From the NCBI RefSeq assembly GCF_006345805.1, contig NC_042998.1, positions 35,588,001 through 35,652,000 of the forward strand: 64,000 nt of DNA. The letters are read 5' to 3'. The notes under the pieces are model-generated. The model did not search any database. It saw nothing but the letters and a program-made list of their open reading frames with translations, and was not told the origin of the DNA. A program made the translations under genes and the position numbers. Numbering within the stretch: position 1 is the first letter of the stretch; each line of letters starts with the position of its first letter. Shown here in pieces: positions 1-12,375 of the stretch. This stretch comes from Octopus sinensis. Taxonomy: Eukaryota.

Positions 1-1856
1 TTAATCCATTTGTCTGTCCTTGTTTGTTCTCTCTGTGTTTAGGCCCTTGTGGGTAGTAAAGAAATAGGTATTTCGTCTGCCGTAACAATCCGAGTTCAAA
101 TTCCGCCGAGGTCGACTTTGCCTTTCATCCTTTCAGGGTCGAGTAAATAAGTACCAGTTACGCACTGGGGTCAATGTACTCGACAATCCCTTTGTCTGTC
201 CTTGTTTGTCCCCTCTATGTTTAGCCGCCTGTGGGCAATAAAGAAATATATAATAACTGATTATAATTTAATTATCCATAGTCTGATATAATAATATTTT
301 CAGAATATAAAAATTCCTTCTTCAGATATCGCTAGGAATTGATTGAGTCACTGCTATAATCAGTTTTCCAACAGTGAAGGAGTTTCATGAGACCACTGCA
401 AAGACACTTCCAGAAAAAAAAAAACTTCAGTAACCATTGGAAAACCGATTATAGCAGTGATTCAATCAATTCCTCAGTGATATCTAAAGAAGGAATATTT
501 ATATTCTGAAATAGTATTATTATATGAGACTATGGATAATTAAATTATAACAATTATTATAGTCCACTCTGCATTGTTGTGCCATTCAAGGCACATATTT
601 CATTATTATTATTATTATTATTATCATTATTATTTCATACTATCACAATTTCTGATAATCTCTTTCCTAGTGACCCAACAGAGCTAAAGCTGCATCTGAA
701 AGACCAGTATTCTTCCTGAGAGACAGAAAATATTTCAGCTCTGACCAGGTTCTGAGTCTCTACAAAACTCAAGTATGACCCACAATTGAGTACACTTTTC
801 CCATCAAGGATGCTGCTGCTGCTACTACTACACACACACATCCAAAACAGTAATGTAAAGAAGCTCATTTAACTCAGCAGTTCTCAACCTTTCTCGCACC
901 ATGGCCTGGTTTCATGCAAGACAATTTTTCCATGGACCCAGAGATCACACACATCACAAAACACATAACAAAACAAAAACAATATATAACATAATATATA
1001 ATTTAATTATCACATATATGCTTGGGAAGGCTTGTTGAGTCAAGTAAAACCAATATCATAGCTGTGGTCAGTGCCCCCAGAACTGTCCCTCGTGACAGTG
1101 GCACATAAAAAGCACCATCCGAATGTGGTCGGTGCCAGTACCCACCTGACTGGCTCCCATGCCAGTGGCATGTAAAAAGCACCCACTACATTCTCAGAGT
1201 GGTTGGCATTAGGAAAGGCATCCAGCTGTAGAAACATTGCCAGATCAGATTGGAGCCTGGTGCAGCTGCTGGCTCTCTAGACCTTAGTCAAACCGTCAAA
1301 CCCATGCCAGCATGGAAATTAGACATTAAACAATGATGATGATGATGATGATAAAGCATATATAATACAAAAACACCCGACAGATTGTGATAACAAAATA
1401 GAAATAAAAATTTTTTAATCTATTCTATTTATTTACTACCCACAAGGGGCTACACACAGGGGATAAACAAGGACAGACAAACGGATTAAGTCGATTATAT
1501 CGACCCCAGTGCATAACTGGTACTTAACTTATCGACCCCAAAACGATGAAAGGAAAAGTCGACCTTGGTGGAATTTGAACTCAGAATGTAGCGGCAGACG
1601 AAATACCGCTCAGCATTTTGACCAGCATGCTAACGTTTCTGCCAGCTTGCCGCCTTAAATTTTTTAATCTATTCTTTCAATGTGTCCTGATACCAAATGA
1701 TCCACAACCTAGTAATTGGTGACCCCAGATTTAATTGTTTCAAAAAGAGTCATCCATTAAAACGTTACAACCTCAATTTGCAATTTGCGGTCATCATCAT
1801 TAGACTGTACCATGTTAATTTCTACTTGATTGTTCCACCGTTAACATTCAATACTC

Positions 1857-2260
1857 TCTCTTTTACTCTTACTAGTTTCAGTCATTTGACTGCGGCCATG
1901 CTGGAGCACCGCCTTTTTAATCGAGCAACTCGACCCCGGGACTTATTCTTTTGTAAGCCCAGTACTTTTTCTATCGGTCTCTTTTGCCGAACCGCTAAGT
2001 AACGGGGACGTAAACACACCAGCATCGGTTGTCAAGCAATGCTAAGGGGACAAACACAGACACACAAACAAACACATGCATATATATACATATATACGAT
2101 GGGCTTCTTTCAGTTTCCGTCTATCAAATCCACTCACAAGGCTTTGGTCGGCCTGAGGCTATAGTAGAAGACACTTGCCCAAGGTGCCACGCAGTGGGAC
2201 TGAACCCGGAATCATGTGGTTGGTAAACAAGCTACTTACCACACAGCCACTCCTGCGCCT
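1857..2260 (-). mobile_element. tRNA-derived SINE family B, representative copy (more than 15 full or partial copies, e.g. 9039-9435, 18000-18510, 25735-26135, 40610-41020)
   Basis: Head GGCGCAGGAGTGGCTGTGTGGTAAG...GGTTCAGTCCC, CCTTGGGCAAGTGTC core, internal (TA)n(TG)n, tail GAAACAAGTAA(AAGAGT)n. Confidence 0.9.
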
Positions 2261-2783
2261 TTAACTTTTTAGCATTTAAATCAATCACATCAGGCCAAAA
2301 TATTCTTCTTCTTTTATGTAGAATCTGGCTAGATCTGGCCTCTCGCACCTACCCTAATAAGTCATTGTAAGAAATTAAACAATCACATCGTCAAACTCTT
2401 GAAGCAACAAAATAATTCCAGATTAATTCAAAACAATGAGGATAAGGATTACATTTGACAGAATAACCTGAATGCCAAAAGACTGAGTCAAAGGCTTTAA
2501 GGGGTGACCCCAAGGATTTGTCAAGAGTTTGGGGATAATTTTATGTTTTTCAGTAGAAGTAAAATGCAGCTCCCTAAAATTAGGGAGTGATTCATTTCCA
2601 TCAACTTGTTGGGAATAGTTCAATTCTCACCGTAAACATAGTTTTGAGAGGATCTGCTCCACTAGGTCCTAAATACACCACATGCATAGGCAAGTGCATA
2701 CAGCTATCCCTAGGGCTCAGCAAGTTAACCCTTTAGTTACCATATTTCTGTCAACATATGCTGCCGTTGTTTCAATTAGTTTT

Positions 2784-3420
2784 TAACCCTTTTGCTACCA
2801 ACCCAGCAGAAACCACCTCTGGCTCTGAGTACAAATGTCTTGTTTTCATAAGTTTTGAATTAAAATCTTCCACCAAATCTTAGTCACAATTTATGTTCCT
2901 AACACTAGCTGAATGATAACTAAGTTATTTTACTAAATTCTTTGCTATATCTAAAATTAATTGAAAGAAACACTGAGCATCTCAACAGAAATGTGGTAAC
3001 AAAATGGTTAAAATATATAACAGATACACAATTCTTAACCCTTTTGATACCAACCTGCCTGAAATTGACTGAGTACAAATATCTTGTTTACAAGTTTTGA
3101 ATTAAAATCTTCCATCAAACCTTAGTCACGCTTTATGTTCCTAACACTAGCTGAATGATAACTAAGTTATTTTACTAAATTCTTTGTTATATTTAAAATT
3201 AATTGAAAGAAACACAGAGCATCTCAACAGAAATGTGGTCAGAAAAGGGTTAAAATAAACAAGAATTTATTAAAATAACTTTCTCGTTATTAAGCTGGGG
3301 TCTGGAACAAATTAACATAAAATTTTAATGGAAGGTTATAACTGAGACCACTTTTAAACAGTAAATTTATGTCAAAGAACCTGGGCCAGTCTCAGGTGAG
3401 TTGGTAGCAAAAGGGTTGAT
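2784..3420. mobile_element. Same MITE: two tandem copies plus an inverted partial copy
   Basis: TTAACCCTTTT ends, internal TCTTCCACCAAACCTTAGTCAC motif, spacer AATATATAACAGATACACAATTC. Confidence 0.85.
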
Positions 3421-6400
3421 ATGCTCATTCATATACTGGGACTAATTAAATCGACTGAATCTTTCATTTACAAAAATAAAGCTCTTGACACAAACATTTC
3501 TAAACTCAATTTGTAAGCAAACAAGGTGTCTCTATGTTAATTTAAAACAATAATGGTGCTCCAGCATGGCCTTGCTATGATGGCTAAAACACATTAACAA
3601 ATAAACTAATGAAGCTTCTAACCATGTTTAATTAGCAGATAATTAGCTTTCATTCGAAAGCATAACTTTTAGCTATTGGCCTAATCTAAGAATAGAAAGA
3701 TTCCATAAAGAGTAGGAATGGCAGAGTAGTTCGGATGCTTGCTTGGCAACCAAGTGATTTCAGGTTCAATCTCACTGTGTGGCATCTTGGGGAAATGTCT
3801 CCTACTATAGCCCAGAGCCAACCAATGTCTTGAGAATGAATTTGATAGAAACTGTAGGAAGCCCATCATATATAGACTGACAGACAAAAAGATAGGTAGA
3901 TGGATGGATGGATTTGGACAGATAAGTAGCTAGGCTCTGCGCGCGTGCGTGCGTGCGTGCGTGCGTGCGTGCATGTGAAAAATTTTGACACAAGGCCCGT
4001 AATTTCTGGAGAGGGGAAGAGGTCCAGTCAATTAGACTGACCCCAGCACACGACTGATACCTTTACCAACCCTGAGAGGACAAAAAGGCAAAGTTGACCT
4101 GAGAACATAAAAGACACACAAAATGCCATTAACCAAACGATTCTTCCAACTTTTCACCTTTGCTTTGATAAATAACGAATGGTGTTTGCATTCTTTGTTG
4201 ACATCCTGATAGGTTTCTTGGTGTCTACAGAAACCTATGGAACAAAATATCCCTTACTTGGAAAACAGGTGAGGGTTAGTGACAGCAAATGCACCCAGCC
4301 ATAAAACCATGACTCAGATACATTCGTATCCAAACCCATGCTAACATGGGATGGTGGAAATTCCAGACTGTCACACAATATTTGGTTTCTTTCATTCTTT
4401 AAGAATTGATACCAAGAATGGTGGCATGTAAAAAGCCATTGTGCTGGTGTCACATGAAAATATGCACTTATGCTGGAGCCACTTAAAAGGCATCCATGGA
4501 GGCACCACATAAGAGGCACTTGTGCTGGAACCACATAAAAAGGCACTTGTGTGCTGGCACCATGTATAAAGCACCCATGCTGGCTCCATGCAAAAGACCA
4601 CCTATATGCTGGTTCCATGTAAAAAGCACCCATGCTGCCCCCATGAAAATATGCACTTATGCTGGATCCACATAAAAGGCACCCATGTAGGCACCACATA
4701 AGAGGACACCCATGCTGGCATCACGCAAAAGATCACCTGAGCTGGTGCCATATGAAAGGCACCCATGCTAGTGTCACGTAAAAAATAACCATGTTGGCAC
4801 CATGTAAAATGCACCCGGTACACTCTTGTAAAGTGTTTGGCACTAAGAAGGACATCCAGCAGCAAAAACCCTGCCAAAACAGACAGCTGGAGCCTGGTGC
4901 AGCCCTCTGGCTTGCCAGCTCCTGTCAAACATTCCAACTCATGCCAGCATGGAAGACAAATATTAAATGATGATGACGATGATGACAACGACGAAGATGA
5001 TGACACCAGCAAGAAATTGAAATTAACTTGATATTCTTTATTCTTTTATTCTTTCATTTGTTTCAGTCATCTGACTACGGCCATGCTGGAGCACTGCCTT
5101 TAGCTGAACAAATCAACCCCAGAACTTACTCTTTGTAAGCCTAGTACTTATTCTTTTGGTCTCTTTTGCTGAACTGCTAAGTTACAGGGGCGTAAACACA
5201 CCAGCATCGGTTATCAAGTGATGGTGGGGAGACTAACACAAACACACAAACATACATACATACACACATATATATATACAATGGGCTTCTTTCAGTTTCC
5301 ACGTAACAAATCCACTCACAAGGCTTTGGTCAGCTCGAGGCTATAGTAGATGACATTAGCCCAAGGTGCAACTTCTGTGTCTGCTGTATTTGGCGACAGT
5401 GTCTGTATGGGATCTTTAATCACAATTCCAGTGTTCTCTATTAATCCTTTACTCTTTTTCTTGTTTCAGTCATTTGACTGTGGCCATGCTGGAGCATTGC
5501 CTTTAGTTGAGCAAATCGACCCCAGGTACTTATTCTATCGGTCTCTTTTGCCGAACCGCAAAGTTAACGGGCATGTAAACACACCACCATCGGTTGTCAA
5601 GCGATGTTGGAGGGACAAACATAAACACACACATACATACATATATATATATATACATATATACAACGGGCTTCTTTTAGTTTCCATGTAACAAATCCAC
5701 TCACAAGGCTTTGGTCAGCTCGAGGCTATAGTAGATGACATTAGCCCAAGGTGCCACGCAGTGGGACTGAATCCGGAACCATGTGGTTGGTAAGCAAGCT
5801 ACTTACCACACAGCCACTCCTGCTCTATGTTTACCTCCATAATATTTGTCCCTATACCTAGTTCAAAACACCGAAATTTTATTTAACTACCAACGAGTGT
5901 GATAAACAGAATTGAACTTTTGACTTTTCATAATCATTAGATAATTGGTCCAGTTGACCTTTTGGCAGCAAAAGAAAATAGTATTGACTTATTCGTGCCA
6001 TTCTCAAAGCCATCGTCTGTAAATACAAGTGGAATGAAATAACTATATTGCAACATTCAGGAGCCAAAAAGAAAACATCTGCCTTTTATGAGTTCGTTAA
6101 AATAAGTTCGTTTGAGACAGAAATCACTTCAACAGAATATTTTACTGAATCAATCAACAAGAATGTGAGGTGATTCATTAACGATTCATTAACGATGCAG
6201 ACAAAGATATTTCAAGTAAATAATGGCTACTAAAATAAATTTACCTAATCAATTTAATGAACAAAGTAAAACATTACTTTCTTATCTCCACACACACACA
6301 CACACACAGATAGAGAGAGAGCAATAAATAAACTAAATTTCTAAATTTCATTCTCAAAACCAGATGACATTCTGCATTTCTTAAATACCATTCACTGTTT

Positions 6401-6749
6401 TTGCTATTTAATGAAAATGACATTAGAGATATTTTAATTATTAGCTGAAAGCGTTAATAGAAAAAACACAATTCACCATATACAGTTATTTAAGACTAAT
6501 TAGCTGAGGTTAATTTATCAAGCTTAATAACCATTAAAACTTCAAGAAGCTAATTCAGCACCACTTTACAACAAAGCTTTCGGATTAACGTTTTTAGCTT
6601 CCATCTTTGTCTTTTAAACAAAAAGAAAGGCCACAAAGTGAATGAAAAGGGAGCTGGAAAAAAAGCATAGGGACAGCTGTTCGTATCTTTATCATCATTC
6701 CTTAAATGTGTCCTTGGTCAAGACATTCGATTTTTCTGTCTGCTTAACT

Positions 6750-6979
6750 TTTAAACCTTTCGTTACCAACCTGGCTGAAACCGGCTCTGGTTCTGAATAC
6801 AAATGTCTTGTTTTCATAAGTTTTCAATTAAAATCTTCCACCAAACCTTAGTCACACTTTATGTTCCTAACACTAGCTTAATGATAACTAAGTTAGTTTA
6901 CTAAATTCTTTGTTATATTTAAAATTAATTGAAAGAAATACAGAGCATCTCAAAATCAATACAGTAACGAAAGGGTTAA
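6750..6979 (+). mobile_element. Single copy of the same piggyBac-like MITE
   Basis: TTAAACCTTTCG...CGAAAGGGTTAA. Confidence 0.85.
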
Positions 6980-7439
6980 TAAACACCAGAAACACAAAGA
7001 GTTCATTACTGTTGCTGAAAGAATGAGGAATGTTTTATTAGCTAGTAAGGCTGAGTTCAATTCTTCTGATGCCTACAGGTAGAAGTGGGATGAGTTCTTC
7101 TATTTTGGATTTGTCTTTTACTTGTTTTGGTCACAAGACTGTGGTCATGCTGGGGTACCACTCTGAAGCAATTTTTGTTAGAACAAATCAACCCCAGAAT
7201 TTTTTTTTAAGCCTCACACTTATTCTATCTGTCTTTTTGGCCAAACCATTACTGTTACAGGAACATAAACACATCAACACCAGTTGTCAAGGTAGGGGGC
7301 CAAACATAGATACGACACACACACACACACACACACAAAGGTATGCTTACACACATATACATACATATATATGTATCATCATCATCATCATCATCATCAT
7401 CATCGTATATATGTATGTATATATATATATATCTGGTTA

Positions 7440-7985
7440 CACCCCTGGCTTGTAAAACCCTGGCCTGGTTACAAGCCAGGGGTGTAACCAGCCCACTTAT
7501 GCGTACCTTCCCTTCATTGGACACTGCTTGCGAAGACCTGTAGAGGCAAGTGAAATCGGAATCAAAATCAAATTCAATGACTGGCATCCGTGCTAATGGA
7601 CCACTAAGAGCACCATCCAGGCGTGATCGTTGCCCAGAGCAGCTAACTGGCGTTTGTTCCAGTGGCACGTAAAAAGCACTATTCGAGTGTGATCGCTACC
7701 AGCGTCGCCTTACTGGCACTTGTGCCGGTGTGCAGGTGACACATAAAAAAAAACATGATTTTCCGTGACTGTTGCCAGTACCACCTAACTGGCCCTTGTG
7801 CCAGTGGCACGTAAAAAGCACCCACTACACTCTCAGAGTGGTTGGCGTTAGGAAGGGCATCCAGCTGTAGAAACACTGCCAAATCAAGATTGGAGCCTGG
7901 TGAAGCCATCTGGTTCGCCTGTCCTCAGTCAAATCGTCCAACCCATGCTAGCATGGAAAGTGGACGTTAAATGATGATGATGATG
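7440..7985 (+). mobile_element. Non-autonomous RTE-tail retroelement, family C (about 20 copies, e.g. 1020-1352, 8470-8860, 26960-27460, 33140-33625, 41545-41838, 62370-62620)
   Basis: GGTTGGCGTTAGGAAGGGCATCCAGCTGTAGAAAC core, internal GTGGCACGTAAAAAGCAC repeats, end GTTAAA(CGA)TGATGATG. Confidence 0.85.
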
Positions 7986-9303
7986 ATATATATGGCCGCG
8001 GCCTTCGGGCTAAAACATTTTTAAGGATTTAAGGATTTATATATAAAAATGAGTAAATATTAAAATGGATATTCATATAAATATTATTATTATTATTATT
8101 ATTATTATTAGCAGCAAGTATATAAATAATTAATAATAATAATAACAATAATATTAGTGGCCAGCAAGCAATAATGCCATTAATTGGCTAATCAATAAGA
8201 TTTTATAATTAATAAATAATTATGATAGAGGGCACACACAAAGTTCCAGCTTGCGAGAAATAAGAGTTAAAATACTCAAAGACGCCACCAAACTCACTGA
8301 AGATCATGAGTTTGGTGGCCTGTTTGAGTATTTTAACTCTTATTTCTAGCAAGCTGTAACTTTATGTACCCTCTATCATAATTATTTATTAATTATAAAA
8401 TTTTATATATATATACGACGGGCTTCTTTCAGTTTCCATCAACCAACTCCACGAATGTGGGCTGGCGAACCAGATGGTTGCACCAGGCTCCAGTCTTGAT
8501 CTGGCAGAGTTTCTACAGCTGGATGCCCTTCATAACGCCAACCACTCCGAGAGTGTAATGGGTGCTTTTACATGCTACTGGCACGGGGGCCAGTCAGGTG
8601 GTACTGGCAATGACCTTGCTCGAATCTTTTTACACATGCCACCAGCACAGGTGCCAGTAAGGCGATGCTGGTAACGATCACGCTCGAATGGTACCCTTTT
8701 ACGTGCCACCAGCACGGAAGCCAGTTGGCTGCTCTGGCAACGATCACGCTCGGATGGTGCTCTTGGCACCCTACTAGCATGGGCACAAGTACCAATAAGG
8801 CGACGCTGGTAACGATCACACTCGAATAGTGCCTTTTATGTACCACTGGCATGGAAGTCAGTTATATATATTCGTGAGTGTGTGTGTGTGTGTGTGTGCA
8901 CATGCATGTTTGTGTTTGTCCCCCACCACTGCTCAATGACTGGTGTTGGTGTGTTTACATCCCTCTAACTTAGCAATTAAGAGAAATAAAGCCAACAGAA
9001 AAAAGTTCCAGGCTTTAAAAAAATAAATAAACAACAATAGGCGCAGGAGTGGCTGTGTGGTAAGTAGCTTGCTAACCAACCAAATGGTTCTGGGTTCAGT
9101 CCCACTGCGTGGAATCTTGGGCAAGTGTCTTCTGCTATAGCCCCGGGCTGACCAATGCCTTGTCAGTGGATTTGGTAGACGGAAACTGAAAGAAGCCTGT
9201 CGTATATATTTATATATATATATGTGTGTGTGTGTATGTGTTTGTGTTTGTCCCCCTAGCATTGCTTGACAACCAATGCTGGTGTGTTTACGTCCCCGTA
9301 ACT

Positions 9304-11613
9304 TAGCGGTTCGGCAAAAGAGACCAATAGAATAAGTACTGGGCTTACAAAGAATAAGTCCCGGGGTTGATTTGCTCAACTAAAGGCGGTACTCCAGCAT
9401 GGCTGCAGTCAAATGACTGAAACAAGTAAGAGAGTAAAGAGTAACTGGGGCCGATTTATTCAATGTAAAATTCTTCAAACCCGTGCCCCAGTATGGCCGC
9501 AGTCTATTGACTGAAATGAGCAAAAGACGACAGGCATTCATCCGACGACAGGCACCTATGCCTACCCCCCTTTGCTTGCGAAGACCTGTTGGGGCAAGTG
9601 AAATCGAAATCAGAATCAAAATTGAACTAATCCTATGACTGGCACCTGGCAGATGCCAGGACCCCTGGACTGGAGATACGTAAAAAGCACTATCCGAATC
9701 GTGACCAATGCCAGCGCCGCCTCGACTGGCTTCCGCATTGGTGGCACGTAAAAAGCACCATCCGAATCGTGGCCGAAGCCAGTGCCGCCTCGACTGGTTT
9801 CCATGCAGGTGGCACGTAAAATGCACCAATCCGACCGTGGCCGATGCTAGCCTCACCTGGCTCCAGTGCAGGTGGCACGTAAAAAGCACCCACTACACTC
9901 ATGGAGTGGTTGGCATTAGGAAGGGCGTCCAGCTGTAGAAACATTGCTAGATAAGACCGGAGCCTGGTGCAGCCTTCTGGCTTCCCAGATCCCCGGTCGA
10001 ACCGTCCAACCCATACTATCATGGAGAACGGACGTTAAACGATGATGATGATGATGATTATTATTAAAGTTTTTCTGTTCAAAAGCACAAAAGTGGGTAA
10101 ACAGAAATAACTATTTCCAAGAATTAAACCAAGACAGCAGTTTCTGGGAAACACACAAAAGATTTTCCTAGAAACCAGAAACTTATTACCTACCCTAAGA
10201 TATTTGCTTTTAAAAAGAAATATATTATGTAATGCATTTCCACTTTTCTGCATAACTTCAATTTAATTTCATATTAAATAACACAGCTATACAAAGCATA
10301 AAAATAAATGGAAGGTGACCCACTTTTCATCATAAATCTTGTTCAAGGCTAATCAAAGGTAGACAGTGGCAACAACACAACACGGGGTGGTGATCCTGGA
10401 TGGCACCAAAAAACTAATTAGTGTCTCGTTAGCTTCAACTTTCGATTCTAAAGCCTCTTAGCAGTTCGGCAAAAGAGACCAATAGAATAAGTACTGGGCT
10501 TACAAAGAATAAGTCCCGGGGTTGATTTGCTCGACTAAAGGCGGTGCTCCAGCATGGCTGCAGTCAAATGACTGAAACAAGTAAGAGAGTAAAGAGTAAC
10601 TGGGGCCGATTTATTCAATGTAAAATTCTTCAAACCCGTGCCCCAGTATGGCCGCAGTCTATTGACTGAAATGAGCAAAAGACAACAGGCATTCATCCGA
10701 CGACAGGCACCTATGCCTACCCCCCTTTGCTTGCGAAGACCTGTTGGGGCAAGTGAAATCGAAATCAGAATCGAAATTGAACTAATCCTATGACTGGCAC
10801 CTGGCAGATGCCAGGACCCCTGGACTGGAGATACGTAAAAAGCACTATCCGAATCGTGACTGATGCCAGCGCCGCCTCGACTGGCTTCCGTGTCGGTGGC
10901 ATGTAAAAAGCACCATCCGAATCGTGGCCGAAGCCAGTGCCGCCTCGACTGGTTTCCATGCAGGTGGCACGTAAAATGCACCAATCCGACCGTGGCCGAT
11001 GCCAGCCTCACCTGGCTCCAGTGCAGGTGGCACGTAAAAAGAACCCACTACACTCATGGAGTGGTTGGCGTTAGGAAGGGCGTCCAGCTGTAGAAACATT
11101 GCTAGATAAGACCGGAGCCTGGTGCAACCTTCTGGCTTCCCAGATCCCCGGTCAAACCGTCTAACCCATACTATCATGGAGAACGGACGTTAAACGATGA
11201 TGATGATGATGATTATTATTAAAGTTTTTCTGTTCAAAAGCACAAAAGTGGGTAAACAGAAATAACTATTTCCAAGAATTAAACCAAGACAGCAGTTTCT
11301 GGGAAACACACAAAAGATTTTCCTAGAAACCAGAAACTTATTACCTACCCTAAGATATTTGCTTTTAAAAAGAAATATATTATGTAATGCATTTCCACTT
11401 TTCTGCATAACTTCAATTTAATTTCATATTAAATAACACAGCTATACAAAGCATAAAAATAAATGGAAGGTGACCCACTTTTCATCATAAATCTTGTTCA
11501 AGGCTAATCAAAGGTAGACAGTGGCAACAACACAACACGGGGTGGTGATCCTGGATGGCACCAAAAAACTAATTAGTGTCTCGTTAGCTTCAACTTTCGA
11601 TTCTAAAGCCTCT
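9304..11613. repeat. Head-to-tail tandem duplication, two 1155-bp units (9304-10458 and 10459-11613)
   Basis: Units align end to end with a 2-bp CT microhomology at the junction. About 17 substitutions counted by eye, all in the SINE-derived first ~750 bp. Confidence 0.95.
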
Positions 11614-11614
11614 G
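11508..11614 (-). CDS. Candidate terminal coding exon, possibly the gasdermin C-terminus
   Basis: NAGNAG acceptor (ATTTAG|CAG|), and only one frame stays open: xEALESKVEANETLISFLVPSRITTPCCVVATVYL*. Loose resemblance to gasdermin C-terminal ends (e.g. ENSPRSTWDVEAKMPLSALYGTLSLL). Intervening exons were not found. Confidence 0.3.
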
Positions 11615-12094
11615 CTAAATATAGTTTAAAGATAAGTTCAACTTTATTAACTGTGACAGTAAACAACTAAGATCTAAGGTGTTACATAATCATCATCATC
11701 ATCATCGTTTAACGTCCATTTTCCGTGCTAGCACGGTTTGGACGGTTCGACCAGGGTCTGGGAAGCCAGGAGGCTGCACCAGGCTCCAGTCTGATCTGGC
11801 AGTGTTTCTACAGCTGGATGCCCTTCCTAATGCCAACCACTCCATGAGTGTAGTGGGTGCTTTTTACATGCCACCGGCACAGGTGCCAGGTGGGTCTGGC
11901 ATCGGCCAAGATTGGTTGGTGCTTTTTATGTGCCACCGGCACAGAAGCCAGTCTAGGCGGCGCTGGCATCGGCCACGTTCGGATGGTGCTTTTTACGTGC
12001 CACCGACACAGGTATCACAACTACAATTTCCATTTGATATTTATTTTGATGTTAATGTACTTGACTCAATAGGTCTCCTCAAGCACAGGGTCTC

Positions 12095-12375
12095 ATGAGG
12101 AATTATTTACATTTGACGGATATTTGTCCTTATCTTGTTTGTTGTTAACACAATGTTTTGGCTGATATACCCTCCAGGTGTCTTGGGGAAATTTCGAACC
12201 TGGGTTCTCATTCCTAAGGTAGTCCTGTTTTGTCCCTTTATGTTCTAATTAATTTTTGTCAGCCCTTGTGGCCAATAAAAGAATTAATTATTATTATTAT
12301 TATTCTGACTGCTTGTAATTGAACTCAGAAACTTGGGGTTAGTAGCTAGCGCTCTTAACCACTATGCCATATGCC
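12095..12375 (-). mobile_element. Second copy of the tRNA-head/hammerhead-tail SINE, ribozyme core deleted
   Basis: Same head (GGCATATGGCATAGTGGTTAAGAGC), (AAT)n linker and tail. ACACCT[GATGAAGGCT]GGAGGG is deleted between CT microrepeats. Confidence 0.75.

Noticed and set aside
670-760. Minus-strand LKYFLSLRKNTGLSDAALALLGH resembling the GSDME C-terminal helix
   Set aside because: Immediate stop and no convincing donor; could be chance.
4420-4810. CRISPR-like repeat/spacer appearance (also 36500-36930 and 56815-57090)
   Set aside because: The units are degenerate tandem repeats without unique spacers, in a eukaryotic context with no cas genes.
5880-6026. Minus-strand DGFENGTNK segment after a TTTACAG acceptor, resembling GSDME GGFENKK
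   Set aside because: The match is short, a stop follows after 26 codons, and its order conflicts with the other candidate.
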